Shown here: one piece after another, positions 54,524 to 64,000 of the stretch
Numbering within the stretch: the first letter of the stretch is position 1
How the letters are laid out: the number at the start of each line of letters is the position of its first letter
Source of the DNA: an uncultured candidate division Zixibacteria bacterium
GTDB lineage: Bacteria > Zixibacteria > MSB-5A5 > GN15 > FEB-12
Direction of reading: 5' to 3'
DNA length: 64,000 nt
NCBI GenBank assembly: GCA_963806185.1
Contig: CAWDXE010000005.1
Coordinates: forward strand, 128,001 to 192,000
Position numbers and translations under genes: made by a program
The notes under the pieces: generated by a model
The model's input: the letters and a program-made list of their open reading frames with translations, nothing else
What the model was told of the DNA's origin: nothing
Database searches by the model: none

Positions 54524-54600
54524 AGAGTACATCCAGACCAATTTGCAGAGTGATTGTATTCGAACACTAGCATTCGCCTACACAAGTTGTCAATCACTTT

Positions 54601-57600
54601 CTACCCCACCTTCCCCAGCACGCCCCGCAAATACGACAGCCTCTCCCCCTCCCCACCTTGCGCAGGTCAATCGAGATGCGCGGGTGCTCGATCAGCGAAA
54701 ATTCCATCGGCTGATCGGTCGCACGGCGCAACGCCTCCACCTCCGGGCGGGTCAGCTTCTTCCCCTCCTCAAAAAACAAATTCACCTGACCGTCGCTCAA
54801 CTTCACCTTCTGCACCTGCAGTTTCGACGCCGCGATCTTGACGGCGGTGGCGTCAAACAATGCCACACTCGATTCCGGCGGACGGCCAAAGCGGTCGATC
54901 ACTTCCTCGCGAATCTTGTCGACCTCCTCAAGCTGAGCGGCATCGGCCAGCCGTCGGTAGATGTCGACTTTCTGCTGACGGTCGGTCACATAGGTGTCGG
55001 GGAGGAACATCTCGACATCCAGCTCCAGCTTGGTGTCGGGCGGACGTTCGAGCGGGTGTCCCTTGAGTTCGGCGACAGCTTCTTCGAGCAATTTGTTGTA
55101 CAGGTCGTAGCCGACTTCCTCGATATACCCCGACTGCCGCGCGCCCAGCAATTCGCCTGCGCCACGAATTTCCAGATCGCGCATGGCCAACGCAAACCCA
55201 GAGCCCAGATCGGAGTGCGCTTCCAGCGCCCGCAGGCGCTTGACCGCGTCGGCCTTGAGCAGTCTTGATCGGCGGGGTGAGCAGATAGGCGTAGGCGCGA
55301 CGGGCGGAGCGGCCCACTCGTCCGCGAATCTGATACAACTGCGCCAGGCCGAACCGGTCGGCTCGATTAATGATGATGGTGTTCGCCGATGGGATATCCA
55401 GACCGGATTCGATGATCGACGTGCACAGCAGAACGTCAAACTGTTTCGCCATGAAGGCGAGCATGATCCCCTCGAGCGACCGCTCGTGCATCTGACCGTG
55501 GGCCACGGCGATTTTCACGTGAGGAATCGTCTTGTGCAGGAAATTGGTGCATCGCTTCGATTGTCTGCACCCGGTTATGGACGAAGAAGACCTGGCCGCC
55601 GCGGTCGACCTCGCGCAGAATGGCGGTCGCGATGATACCGCGGATCGAAATCGACGATCTCGGTGATGATCGGCAGGCGGTCCTTGGGCGACGTATTGAT
55701 CAGACTCATGTCGCGGGCGCCCATGAGCGACATCTGCAGAGTGCGCGGAATAGGCGTGGCGGTCATGGCCAGCGTGTGAACGTTGGCCTTGATCTTGGCG
55801 CAGCTTTTCCTTGTGCCGGACGCCGAAGCGGTGCTCTTCGTCGATAACCAGCAGGCCGAGATCGCGGAAGCGGATATCTTCGGACAAGCAGTCGGTGAGT
55901 GCCGACCACGAGATCGACATCGCCCGCTCGCCAGTTTAATGGCCGTTTCCAGCTGTTCATTCTTACTGCGGAAACGGGACAGCATGGCGATGCGAACGGG
56001 GAAATCGGCAAAGCGGCCGTTGAATGTCGTGAAGTGCTGCTGGGCCAGAATGGTAGTCGGCACAAGTACGGCCACCTGTTTGCCGCCATCGATAACTTTG
56101 AACGCCGCGCGAATGGCGACCTCGGTCTTGCCGTAGCCGACATCGCCGCAGACGAGGCGATCCATCGGCTTTTCATCCTGCAGGTCGCGCTTGACGTCGT
56201 TGATCGCCTTTTCCTGGTCGGGCGTTTCATCAAACGGGAACGATGCCTCGAGTTGTTTGAGGAAAACGGAATCATCGCCGAACGCCGTGGCCTTTTCCGA
56301 CTGGCGCATGGCATAGAGCTGGATAAGCTCTTTGGCCATGTCGGTGATCGCTTTCTTCGTGCGCTCTTTGAGTTTTTCCCATCCGGGGCCGCCGAGGCGG
56401 GTCAGTTCGGGAGCGGTATCTTTGCCGGAGTATTTGGCGACCCGGTTGAATTCCTCAATCGGGACATAGAGACGGTCTTTTTCGGCATACTGCAGCAGCA
56501 GACAGTCGCGACTGCGGTTATCGACGACGATTGTTTCGAGACCGAGATAGCGGGCAATACCGTAGTCGGTGTGCACGACATAGTCGCCGCGGTTGAGATT
56601 GGCGTAGTCGGAAATCGCCACCCCCTCGCGGAATTTTTTCTTCCGGACACGGCGATGATAGCGGCTGAAGATCTCGTGATCGGTGAGAACGGCGAAGCCG
56701 CCGCCGGTGCAGAGAAAGCCGCCTTTGAGATTGGCCACCTCGACGCCGGGCGAGAGATTGAGTTTTGTCTTCTCGGCGATCAGGTCGCTCAGACGCGAGG
56801 CCTGTCCCTCGTTGTCGGTGACGATGATATGACGCAGGCCCATGGCGTCGTATTCGCGAATCGCCTCGGCCAGAAGATCAAGGCGCGAAGCAAACGCCGG
56901 GTGCGGATGGCAGTCGAAGGAGATGATATCGGTGCGTCCGCCGCGGAAATGGTGGCGGTCAATGACCGTATGCTGCTCAATCCGCTGGAAGAGTTCTTCG
57001 GGATGATGATAGTAGTCACTCGGCTCGGGTAGCGGTCGACAATCGTGCTGTCAGACGATCGCGCAGTTGGCCGGCCTCGACAAGGATATTCTCCGTCTCC
57101 TGCCGGAGAGCGTCGGCACCTTCGAGATAGATGATGCCGTTACCCGGAAAATATTCGAAGAACGATCCCTGCTTGATCCCGAACAGAGGTGATAGCCACT
57201 CGAGGCCGGGTAGCTCGGGATCATTGAGATAGCGTGCCCGCAGATAATCACCATCGTCGGGGGGCAACCGATCGAGGTACGACTCCAGCGTATCCTGCGT
57301 GATCGGCACTTCACGTTTGGGAAGGATGCGTACCCGGCTGAGCTGACCGATGGTGCGTTGGCTGGCGACGTCGAACTGACGGATTGTCTCGACCGTATCG
57401 CCGAAGAACTCGACGCGTACGGGGACGTCGGAATCGGGCGTGAACAAGTCGATCAGGCCGCCACGTTTGGCGAAATCACCCACTTCCTCGACCAGTGGTA
57501 CGCGGCGGAAGCCGAGATTCACCAGCGACTCAAGCAGGTGATCGATATCGGTCTCGCGGCCGATTTCGAGATTGATGGAGGAGGCGTGAAGATGGTCGAG

Positions 57601-58041
57601 CGGAATAGTCGGTTCGAGCAGCGCGCGAATGGGCGCGACGACAACCTTGCATCGTCCTTCGAGCAAAGATGACAGTGCCGAGATGCGCTGGCCGATAATT
57701 TCACTGACCGGCGAGCGAAAATCGTACGGCAGTATCTGTCGGGCAGGAAAATGCGAGACCGACTGCGTATCCAGCAGGAAGGCGAGATCGTCGTGCAGAT
57801 CGGCAGCTTCCTCCGCTTTCTCAGTGATGACGAGGATTGGATGCGGGATTCGATGGGCGACCTCGGCGATGGCCAGTGAAGAGGCCGAGCCGGACAGCCC
57901 GGTGATGGCGGTCAGGGGATGCCGATCAATGACCGCCTGGGCGAGTTGCTCCATGGGCGGATAGGTACGCCAGAGATCCAGAATCTGGCGCAAGCGTCCG
58001 CCGACAATTCGGGCGTTGGCAATTTTTGAACTTTCAGCCAC
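54601..58041 (-). CDS. mfd: Transcription-repair coupling factor (several indels)
   Basis: UvrB-like region ([15 protein letters not shown]), RID (GDYVVH..GI), [38 protein letters not shown] domain. Confidence 0.97.
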
Positions 58042-58216
58042 GTACCTTCCAACACAAAAATCCCCGTCGGCCGGCGCCGGGGGTATGTTCAGCATTGTTT
58101 GACCGGGAGTATACACTGAGGGCGGACAAAAACCAAGCAGTGAAGTGGGGCGGTAGAGTGAATTGTGAGCGGGGCGTTCGCGACGACTTGATAGCGGCGA
58201 GCAAGACCGAAGGAGG

Positions 58217-59077
58217 TCAGCCGCCGGAGACCATATTGGAGAGATTTTCGCCAACTTCAATGGCGTCGAACTGGGCTTCCTTGGCTTGATAGAGCACGAC
58301 GAGCGAAATGCGTCGGTTGCGCGGGTCGGCCGGATTGCTGGTGATCATGGGGAAGCGATCGGCGAACCCTCGAACCTCGCGTACCTGTCCCCGGTAAAGT
58401 CCGGACACTTCCATGAGCTGGCGGGCCGAGTTGGCGCGATCGGCGGAGAGTTCCCAATTGGTATACTGGGGATCGCCGGCCGGAGAAATATCAGTGTGGC
58501 CTTCAATAACGACATGGTTGTTGAGGGTGCCTAATTCCCTGGCGATCGTGACCAGAATGATGGCACTCTGTTGCAGCAGCTTGGCCGATCCGGGTTCGAA
58601 AAAGGCGGGTGAGTTTTCGGACTCGTTCAGGATGATCCGCAGACCTTCAGAGGTCAACTGGATCTTGACGTTGTCTTTCAGTTTCTGGAATGCTTCGTGC
58701 TTGTTCAGTTCCTCGAGCATGGTCTTCGCCGCGAGGCTGAGGCGGCTGCGCTCTTCCTCAGTTGGGAGAAAGGTTTTCTCCTGGGGGGGGTTGACGACGG
58801 TGGTCGAAGTGGCTTCGGTTTTCAAGACGGCCGGCGAGCCTTTGAGCACGCCCGACTGACCTCGTTGGTCAAATTTCCCCGGGTCGCGGAAATAGCCGGC
58901 GACCGCCTGCTTTACTTCATCTTTCTGGCCGACCATCCACATCACCAGAAAGAAGGCCATCATGGCCGTCATGAAATCGGCAAAGGCGACTTTCCAGGCA
59001 CCACCGTGGTGACCGTGGCCACCGTGCTTTATGCGCTTGATGATAATCGGTTGCAGTTCGTTGTGTTCGTCAGCCAT
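58217..59077 (-). CDS. motB: Flagellar stator MotB
   Basis: HHGGAWKVAFADFMTAMMAFFL; OmpA-like EGHTD, NWELSADRA, NRR. Confidence 0.95.
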   Translation of the reverse strand: MADEHNELQPIIIKRIKHGGHGHHGGAWKVAFADFMTAMMAFFLVMWMVGQKDEVKQAVAGYFRDPGKFDQRGQSGVLKGSPAVLKTEATSTTVVNPPQEKTFLPTEEERSRLSLAAKTMLEELNKHEAFQKLKDNVKIQLTSEGLRIILNESENSPAFFEPGSAKLLQQSAIILVTIARELGTLNNHVVIEGHTDISPAGDPQYTNWELSADRANSARQLMEVSGLYRGQVREVRGFADRFPMITSNPADPRNRRISLVVLYQAKEAQFDAIEVGENLSNMVSGG

Positions 59078-59083
59078 GGTACG

Positions 59084-59941
59084 CTATTTCTTTTTGGCTT
59101 CGTTACAGGCTTTTTCCAGTTCAAGGAAATCGGGACGAACTTCAGCCGGCAGGGTCCGGCGCGCAAACTCTACGGCGATAACACCGGCCACTCCCTTATG
59201 GAAGGAGAGCAGGGCATGTTTCATGCAGGTCAGGTATTGCTTGGTATCACCAGTACGATGGTTCAAACTGGCGGCTATTGGCCCGACAAAACCGTAGCAG
59301 CCGAGAATGCCGAGGAAAGTACCAACCAACGCCGCGCCGATCTTCTCACCGATTTCCTCCGGCGGGCCATCGATCGCGGCCATGGTGATAACCACACCTA
59401 ATACGGCAGCCACGATGCCGAGTCCCGGGAGGGAGTCGGCGACAGACGAGAGGGCCTGCGAGGGTTTCAACTCTTCCTCGTGGAGAATCTCTATGTCGCC
59501 CTCCATGAGATCCTCAAGATCGTGGGGTTGTACCGAGCCGGAAATGATGACGCGCATGGTGTCGGAGAAGAAATTCACGGCATGGTGATTCTTGAGGAAC
59601 TTCGGGTACTTCTTGAAGATCTCGCTGTCCTGGGGATGTTCAATATGATTTTCGAGACCAACCAGACCATCGCGACGGGCAACGTTGAAGATTTCGTACA
59701 TCATGACCAGGAGATCGAGATAGTCTCGCTTGGCCATACCTCCGCCAAGCACGCCGGCCACCTGGCTGATGATCTTCTTGATCACGGACAGCGGAGTGGC
59801 AATGAGCAACGAGCCCAGCGCCGCACCGCCGATGATGAGGAGTTCGGACGGCTGATTGAGAGCGAGAAGTTGACCCCCGTGCAGGGTGAAGCCCCCGAGA
59901 ACACCCCCCAGGACAATGGCAGCCCCGATGAAAATGAACAT
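59084..59941 (-). CDS. motA: Flagellar stator MotA
   Basis: QPSELLIIGG, RRDGLVGLE, PGLGIVAAVLG, ALVGTFLG. Confidence 0.95.
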   Translation of the reverse strand: MFIFIGAAIVLGGVLGGFTLHGGQLLALNQPSELLIIGGAALGSLLIATPLSVIKKIISQVAGVLGGGMAKRDYLDLLVMMYEIFNVARRDGLVGLENHIEHPQDSEIFKKYPKFLKNHHAVNFFSDTMRVIISGSVQPHDLEDLMEGDIEILHEEELKPSQALSSVADSLPGLGIVAAVLGVVITMAAIDGPPEEIGEKIGAALVGTFLGILGCYGFVGPIAASLNHRTGDTKQYLTCMKHALLSFHKGVAGVIAVEFARRTLPAEVRPDFLELEKACNEAKKK

Positions 59942-60144
59942 AGCACCGTATCCCTAACTAGCCGCCCGCGCGGCGTTTGCAGTCCCGTCCTTGTGTTACA
60001 TATATGTCGGAAGAATTGCCGAAAAGCTGAGCCAAGAGAGACGACCGACGCCCCGGAAAGCTGGCTGGAACTAACGCAGGAACAAGCAGTTAGGCACACA
60101 AATGAGCTTGGCAGCCGACACTTCAGAGATTAATATGACAGCAT

Positions 60145-61512
60145 ATGAATTCGCCGCTCAGGTTTCTCAATCGAAAATCGCTGATACTGATATTGGCTTC
60201 TGCGCTGGCCCTCATTCTGCTGGAGCCGAATCAGGCCCTGGGGGCGGGTGGTGCCGAATCGCAGCTAGTGCTTACAGTCCTGTTGGGTCTGATCGTCATA
60301 CTGGTGGCGGCAAAGCTGGGTGGTGACCTGTTCGAACGATTCGGCCAGCCCTCGGTGCTGGGCGAACTGGTATTCGGCGTAATTCTCGGCAATCTCTCGT
60401 TGATCGGGATTGACGCCTTTGGCGGCTTCACCGAAAATATCACACTGACGGTGCTGGCCGAGGTGGGGGTAATCATTCTCCTTTTTCAGGTTGGGCTGGA
60501 GTCAACCGTAGGCGACATGATGCGGGTCGGACCGACCGCGCTTTTGGTGGCCCTGCTCGGGGTCATAACCCCGTTCTTCCTTGGCTGGGGGGTCGGAGCG
60601 CTCTTTCTTCCTGATGAATCTATTTTCGTTCACATATTTCTTGGCGCCACGCTGACGGCGACCTCGGTGGGCATCACCGCGCGCGTACTCAAAGACATTC
60701 ACAAACTCGCCTCGAAGGAGGGGCGAATCATCCTTGGGGCGGCGGTGATCGATGATATTCTCGGGTTGATCGTACTGACAGTGGTGGCGGGGACGATTTC
60801 GGCGGCGGCGACCGGCGGGAGTCTTGGCTCGGTCGACGTGTTGTGGATCATCGCCAAGGCCGTGCTTTTCGTGGGTGGCGCGATATTGCTGGGCCATTTC
60901 GTCCTGGAGCCTTATTTCAAACTCGGGTTTGCCATGAAGGTACAGGGGGTGGCGCTTTCGTTTGCACTGCTGGTCGCCTTCTCATTGTCGTACCTGGCCG
61001 GGAAAATAGGTCTCGCGCCGATAGTTGGTGCATTTGCGGCTGGGCTGATATTGGACGATGTTCATTTCCGCGATTTCCAATCGCGCGACCATAAGACAAT
61101 ACACGAACTAGTCGAGCCGATCGCCATCTTCCTCGTACCGATATTTTTCGTGCGGATGGGGATGCTGGTTGACTTGCGGACGTTTGGCGATGTGAGCGTT
61201 TTGGGCTTTGCGGCGGTACTGACAGTGGCGGCGATTATCGGGAAGCAAGCCTGTTCGCTGGCGGTGTGGGACAAGACGGTGAACCGGTTTGCGGTGGGAC
61301 TGGGGATGATTCCGCGCGGCGAGGTCGGGCTGATATTTGCCGGGATTGGGGCACAGTTGATGTACAACAATCATCCGGTAGTTTCGAGTGAGACGTATTC
61401 AGCGGTAGTGATTATGGTGATTCTGACGACCTTGGCGACGCCGCCGCTTTTGAAGCTGTCACTGCTTCGAGGGACAAAACGGGCGCTTTCGCTCGACCAA
61501 ACCGCGGAATAA
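60145..61512 (+). CDS. CPA2-family cation:proton antiporter (NapA/KefB-like)
   Basis: ATSVGIT, AAVIDDI, MIPRGEVGL; multiple TM helices. Confidence 0.93.
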   Translation: MNSPLRFLNRKSLILILASALALILLEPNQALGAGGAESQLVLTVLLGLIVILVAAKLGGDLFERFGQPSVLGELVFGVILGNLSLIGIDAFGGFTENITLTVLAEVGVIILLFQVGLESTVGDMMRVGPTALLVALLGVITPFFLGWGVGALFLPDESIFVHIFLGATLTATSVGITARVLKDIHKLASKEGRIILGAAVIDDILGLIVLTVVAGTISAAATGGSLGSVDVLWIIAKAVLFVGGAILLGHFVLEPYFKLGFAMKVQGVALSFALLVAFSLSYLAGKIGLAPIVGAFAAGLILDDVHFRDFQSRDHKTIHELVEPIAIFLVPIFFVRMGMLVDLRTFGDVSVLGFAAVLTVAAIIGKQACSLAVWDKTVNRFAVGLGMIPRGEVGLIFAGIGAQLMYNNHPVVSSETYSAVVIMVILTTLATPPLLKLSLLRGTKRALSLDQTAE

Positions 61513-61656
61513 TCGTACTCGGAACCAAAATAATCGCAATCGGTTGGGAAAAAAGCAGTCCGGGACTTGACATGGCGGACGGCGGGCATATTTTGCTTGT
61601 CCTGTCGCGAGGAGCCGGTGACGCCGGTGAGCCTAGCGGCGCCGCACAAATTTGAT

Positions 61657-61730
<74 letters not shown>

Positions 61731-61736
61731 TAATTT

Positions 61737-62003
61737 ATGTTCACTGTCTATGTCATCCGATCCCGCGAAGGCCTCAGATATATCGGCTCCACTGAGAGTG
61801 TCGAGCAACGGTTGGTCCAGCATAATTCAGGTTTCTCATTCTGGACCAAACGAGGAAACGATTGGAAGCTCGTGTACGCAGAGGAGTACACCAGTCGAAG
61901 CGAGGCACTGAAGAGGGAGAAATGGCTAAAAACGGGAACCGGCCGACAATTTCTACGGGGTGTTCTGGATTCGACGGCGACGGGAAGGCTGTCGGGTTCA
62001 TAA
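61737..62003 (+). CDS. Small GIY-YIG nuclease family protein
   Basis: VYVI..YIGST..RLVQHN..ALKREKWLKTG. Confidence 0.92.
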   Translation: MFTVYVIRSREGLRYIGSTESVEQRLVQHNSGFSFWTKRGNDWKLVYAEEYTSRSEALKREKWLKTGTGRQFLRGVLDSTATGRLSGS

Positions 62004-62045
62004 TCCGCCACGGCGGATCGCAGGTTCAAATCCTGCCCCCGCCAT
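61991..62045 (+). repeat. Degenerate copy of the tRNA-fMet 3' half
   Basis: 62018-62045 identical (28 nt) to 61704-61731; 61991-62007 matches 61683-61699 at 15/17. Confidence 0.9.
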
Positions 62046-62157
62046 TATATTCGCCGAGAATTTTCGCGACGCAAAAGAGCCGCTGTTCGTCCGGAATCGA
62101 ATACGGGACAAGATCGGTTCTTCATCTCGAATCACCTCATAGACACGCTGAACCCTG

Positions 62158-62185
62158 TTGACACGTGGTCATATCGGTATATATT
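62158..62185 (+). promoter_or_regulatory. Sigma70-type promoter
   Basis: TTGACA-N16-TATATT upstream of ATG 62255. Confidence 0.55.
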
Positions 62186-62254
62186 TAAAGTGTCCACGAT
62201 TCTAGTGGGCAGATAACATTGCCTCCAAATGAACCCAACCTACGGGGAAATGCT

Positions 62255-64000
62255 ATGAAGCAAAGATTCCTCTTGTTGTCCGGGCTCTCCTGCTTCGCCG
62301 TGATCATTCCGGTCGGGATCTTCATGATGAGTTGCAGTAGTGATGACAATAGCCCGACTGGTCCCACCATGGCCAATGTGAACACTTTCATGGCCAGCCT
62401 TCCTGCCTGGGACGTCTTCTGCCCTCCCGCAACCGACTGCGATTCCGCGACGGGCGAGACGATCGAAGACCTCGACATGGCGCAGGGGACCTTCTGTCGA
62501 ACAACTCCGTGTTCCATCACTGAAACTCCAGAACAGATCGTGACGTATGGGACGTTCTCCAATATCCTCTGGCTTGGCGGCCTGATACAGGGCAACAGCT
62601 ACGCCGGAGGCGTCGGCTCTATGGAGGAGTTGCCGATTCGCCAGCGGGCCCCGCTTACCATCGGCGTGAACCTGCTCACCGGCGACAGCGTCAGCGCGGT
62701 GGTCCAGAGTCCGACGGCCGCCACGGTTGGCCAGGCGATCGGCAATCTGGTCGCCACGGCGGTCGGTCACGGCTACCATGGCGGATCGAGCATCTACTTC
62801 ACTCAGAAGCAGATGTACTCGCTCAAGCAGGGGATGCTGAGTCTGGGGCTTTCGGCGAAGTACATGGGTTCGGAAGTCAGCAACAAGCTGGACATCACGG
62901 CCGTGCAGAGGAAGAACACGATTACCGCCTACTTCAAGCAGCTCATGTTCGAGACATACATAGTGCAGCCGCAGACGCCATCGGCGTTCTTCTCCGATGC
63001 GTTCACGCAGGAACGCCTTCAGGAGCAAGTCAACCTGGGTTACATTGGTCCCACTAACCTTCCCGTTTACGTATCCCGCATCCAGTGGGGCCGCATCATG
63101 CTCTTGACCATGAGTTCCGATTCGTCGGTCCTCGACATGAGCAACGCTCTGAAAGCGACGCACTCTGCATTCAGTATCGAATTGAACGCCAAGTATCAGC
63201 ATATACTGCAGACCGCGGAGATGGAGGTCGTCACCTTTGGCGGTGATGATGCCAACGCCCTGGCTATGATCCGAAGCGGCAATATCAGCAGCTATTTCAC
63301 CAGTTCGCCCGACCTGACCACGGCCTTCCCGATCGCCTACGCACTCAACAACCTGGCCGATAACTCTCAGGCAAAAGTCGGTGAAACCACGACCTACGAG
63401 CTAAAGGAGTGTACTGCGGTAACGACGGCCTACTATACGGACTGGACGCAGTGGAGAAATGCCTTTACCGCCATACAGGACAGCTGCGACAACAAGTTCT
63501 TCGCCACGAACGCGACGAATATCAACAAAGCCGAGGAGAACTGGGGCTGGAATCTCGGTACCAACACACACCTGGCGACCCGCACGCTTACGTTCACTCC
63601 CGAAAACACCGGATTTGACTTCCAGTTCTATCTCCATACGCTGCAGGATAACTGTCCCTATCCGCTCACTTTCAACGACGATGAATTCTCTGCGTCAAAC
63701 ATGTTGAGCATCGGGGACGCGGACGACTGCCAGTGGGATTCCTTTGAGATCGGAGCCTCCGACTGTCGCAACGGCGCCTACGTCTTTGCCATCGGCACCT
63801 ACGTGGGCGATAACGGCATAAGCGACGACGAAAAGCTGGAGGCCTTCTACTACGATCGGAAAGTTGCGGAGATCTCGTCCGCACAAATGCCGACGGGTAG
63901 CGCACCAGTCTTCATGGGTGTAGTCTCGGCGATTCCGATCACCAGGATCGTTTTCACCGAAGGAAATGACGGCGATGACATTTACATAAAGGACTTCTGC
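62255..64000 (+). CDS. CDC-like (thiol-activated cytolysin family) lipoprotein, truncated by the window end
   Basis: Manual translation, 582 codons with no stop: signal ending FMMSC; ILWLGGLIQG, QRAPLTIGVNL, YFKQLMF, PVYVSRIQWGR, VVTFGG, FPIAYAL. Confidence 0.85.
   Translation, partial: MKQRFLLLSGLSCFAVIIPVGIFMMSCSSDDNSPTGPTMANVNTFMASLPAWDVFCPPATDCDSATGETIEDLDMAQGTFCRTTPCSITETPEQIVTYGTFSNILWLGGLIQGNSYAGGVGSMEELPIRQRAPLTIGVNLLTGDSVSAVVQSPTAATVGQAIGNLVATAVGHGYHGGSSIYFTQKQMYSLKQGMLSLGLSAKYMGSEVSNKLDITAVQRKNTITAYFKQLMFETYIVQPQTPSAFFSDAFTQERLQEQVNLGYIGPTNLPVYVSRIQWGRIMLLTMSSDSSVLDMSNALKATHSAFSIELNAKYQHILQTAEMEVVTFGGDDANALAMIRSGNISSYFTSSPDLTTAFPIAYALNNLADNSQAKVGETTTYELKECTAVTTAYYTDWTQWRNAFTAIQDSCDNKFFATNATNINKAEENWGWNLGTNTHLATRTLTFTPENTGFDFQFYLHTLQDNCPYPLTFNDDEFSASNMLSIGDADDCQWDSFEIGASDCRNGAYVFAIGTYVGDNGISDDEKLEAFYYDRKVAEISSAQMPTGSAPVFMGVVSAIPITRIVFTEGNDGDDIYIKDFC

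Noticed and set aside
53759..59941. Zorya defence system (MotAB-like plus HNH)
   Set aside because: MotA is canonical length with no ZorA tail, MotB has the flagellar WKVAFADF motif, and mfd separates them from the HNH
61970..62045. Second functional tRNA-Met
   Set aside because: Lacks a matching 5' acceptor strand and D-arm; overlaps the GIY-YIG coding end
62240..63202. 320-aa minus-strand ORF and other long antisense ORFs (e.g. 40378..41952, 18808..20049, 55899..57032)
   Set aside because: Antisense shadows of real genes in GC-rich DNA; no recognisable motifs
63400..63460. CDC undecapeptide in ECTAVTTAYYTDWTQWR
   Set aside because: Superficial match; it sits at the start of the C-terminal domain and has the wrong spacing

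Overview
Bacterial chromosomal window, GC-rich by eye, most likely from candidate phylum Zixibacteria (inferred from two proteins ending in the Cys-flanked dockerin-like domain typical of that lineage). It probably comes from an unpolished long-read assembly: many essential genes carry single-base indels. The backbone is housekeeping: an ECF sigma/anti-sigma locus, dnaE, two exported thioredoxins, acetoacetate-CoA ligase, glmM-glmS, suhB, a heterodimeric ABC exporter, etfB, yceD-rpmF-plsX-fabH-fabD-fabG-acpP-fabF-rnc, the full F1Fo atp operon, mfd, motAB, a CPA2 antiporter and initiator tRNA-Met. Accessory pieces lie between these: (i) a four-gene exported operon with an archaemetzincin-like protease (26.4-30.3 kb); (ii) an HNH endonuclease coupled to two small acidic proteins that align to each other without gaps (53.3-54.5 kb), a candidate defence module; (iii) a small GIY-YIG nuclease gene bracketed by tRNA-fMet and a degenerate copy of its 3' half (61.7-62.0 kb); (iv) a CDC-like pore-forming lipoprotein missed by the ORF track because it runs off the window end (62255->64000); (v) intergenic clusters built from at least eight recurring palindrome families. 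No CRISPR array, rRNA, transposase or integrase was found. All calls are by-eye recognition; no database searches were run.
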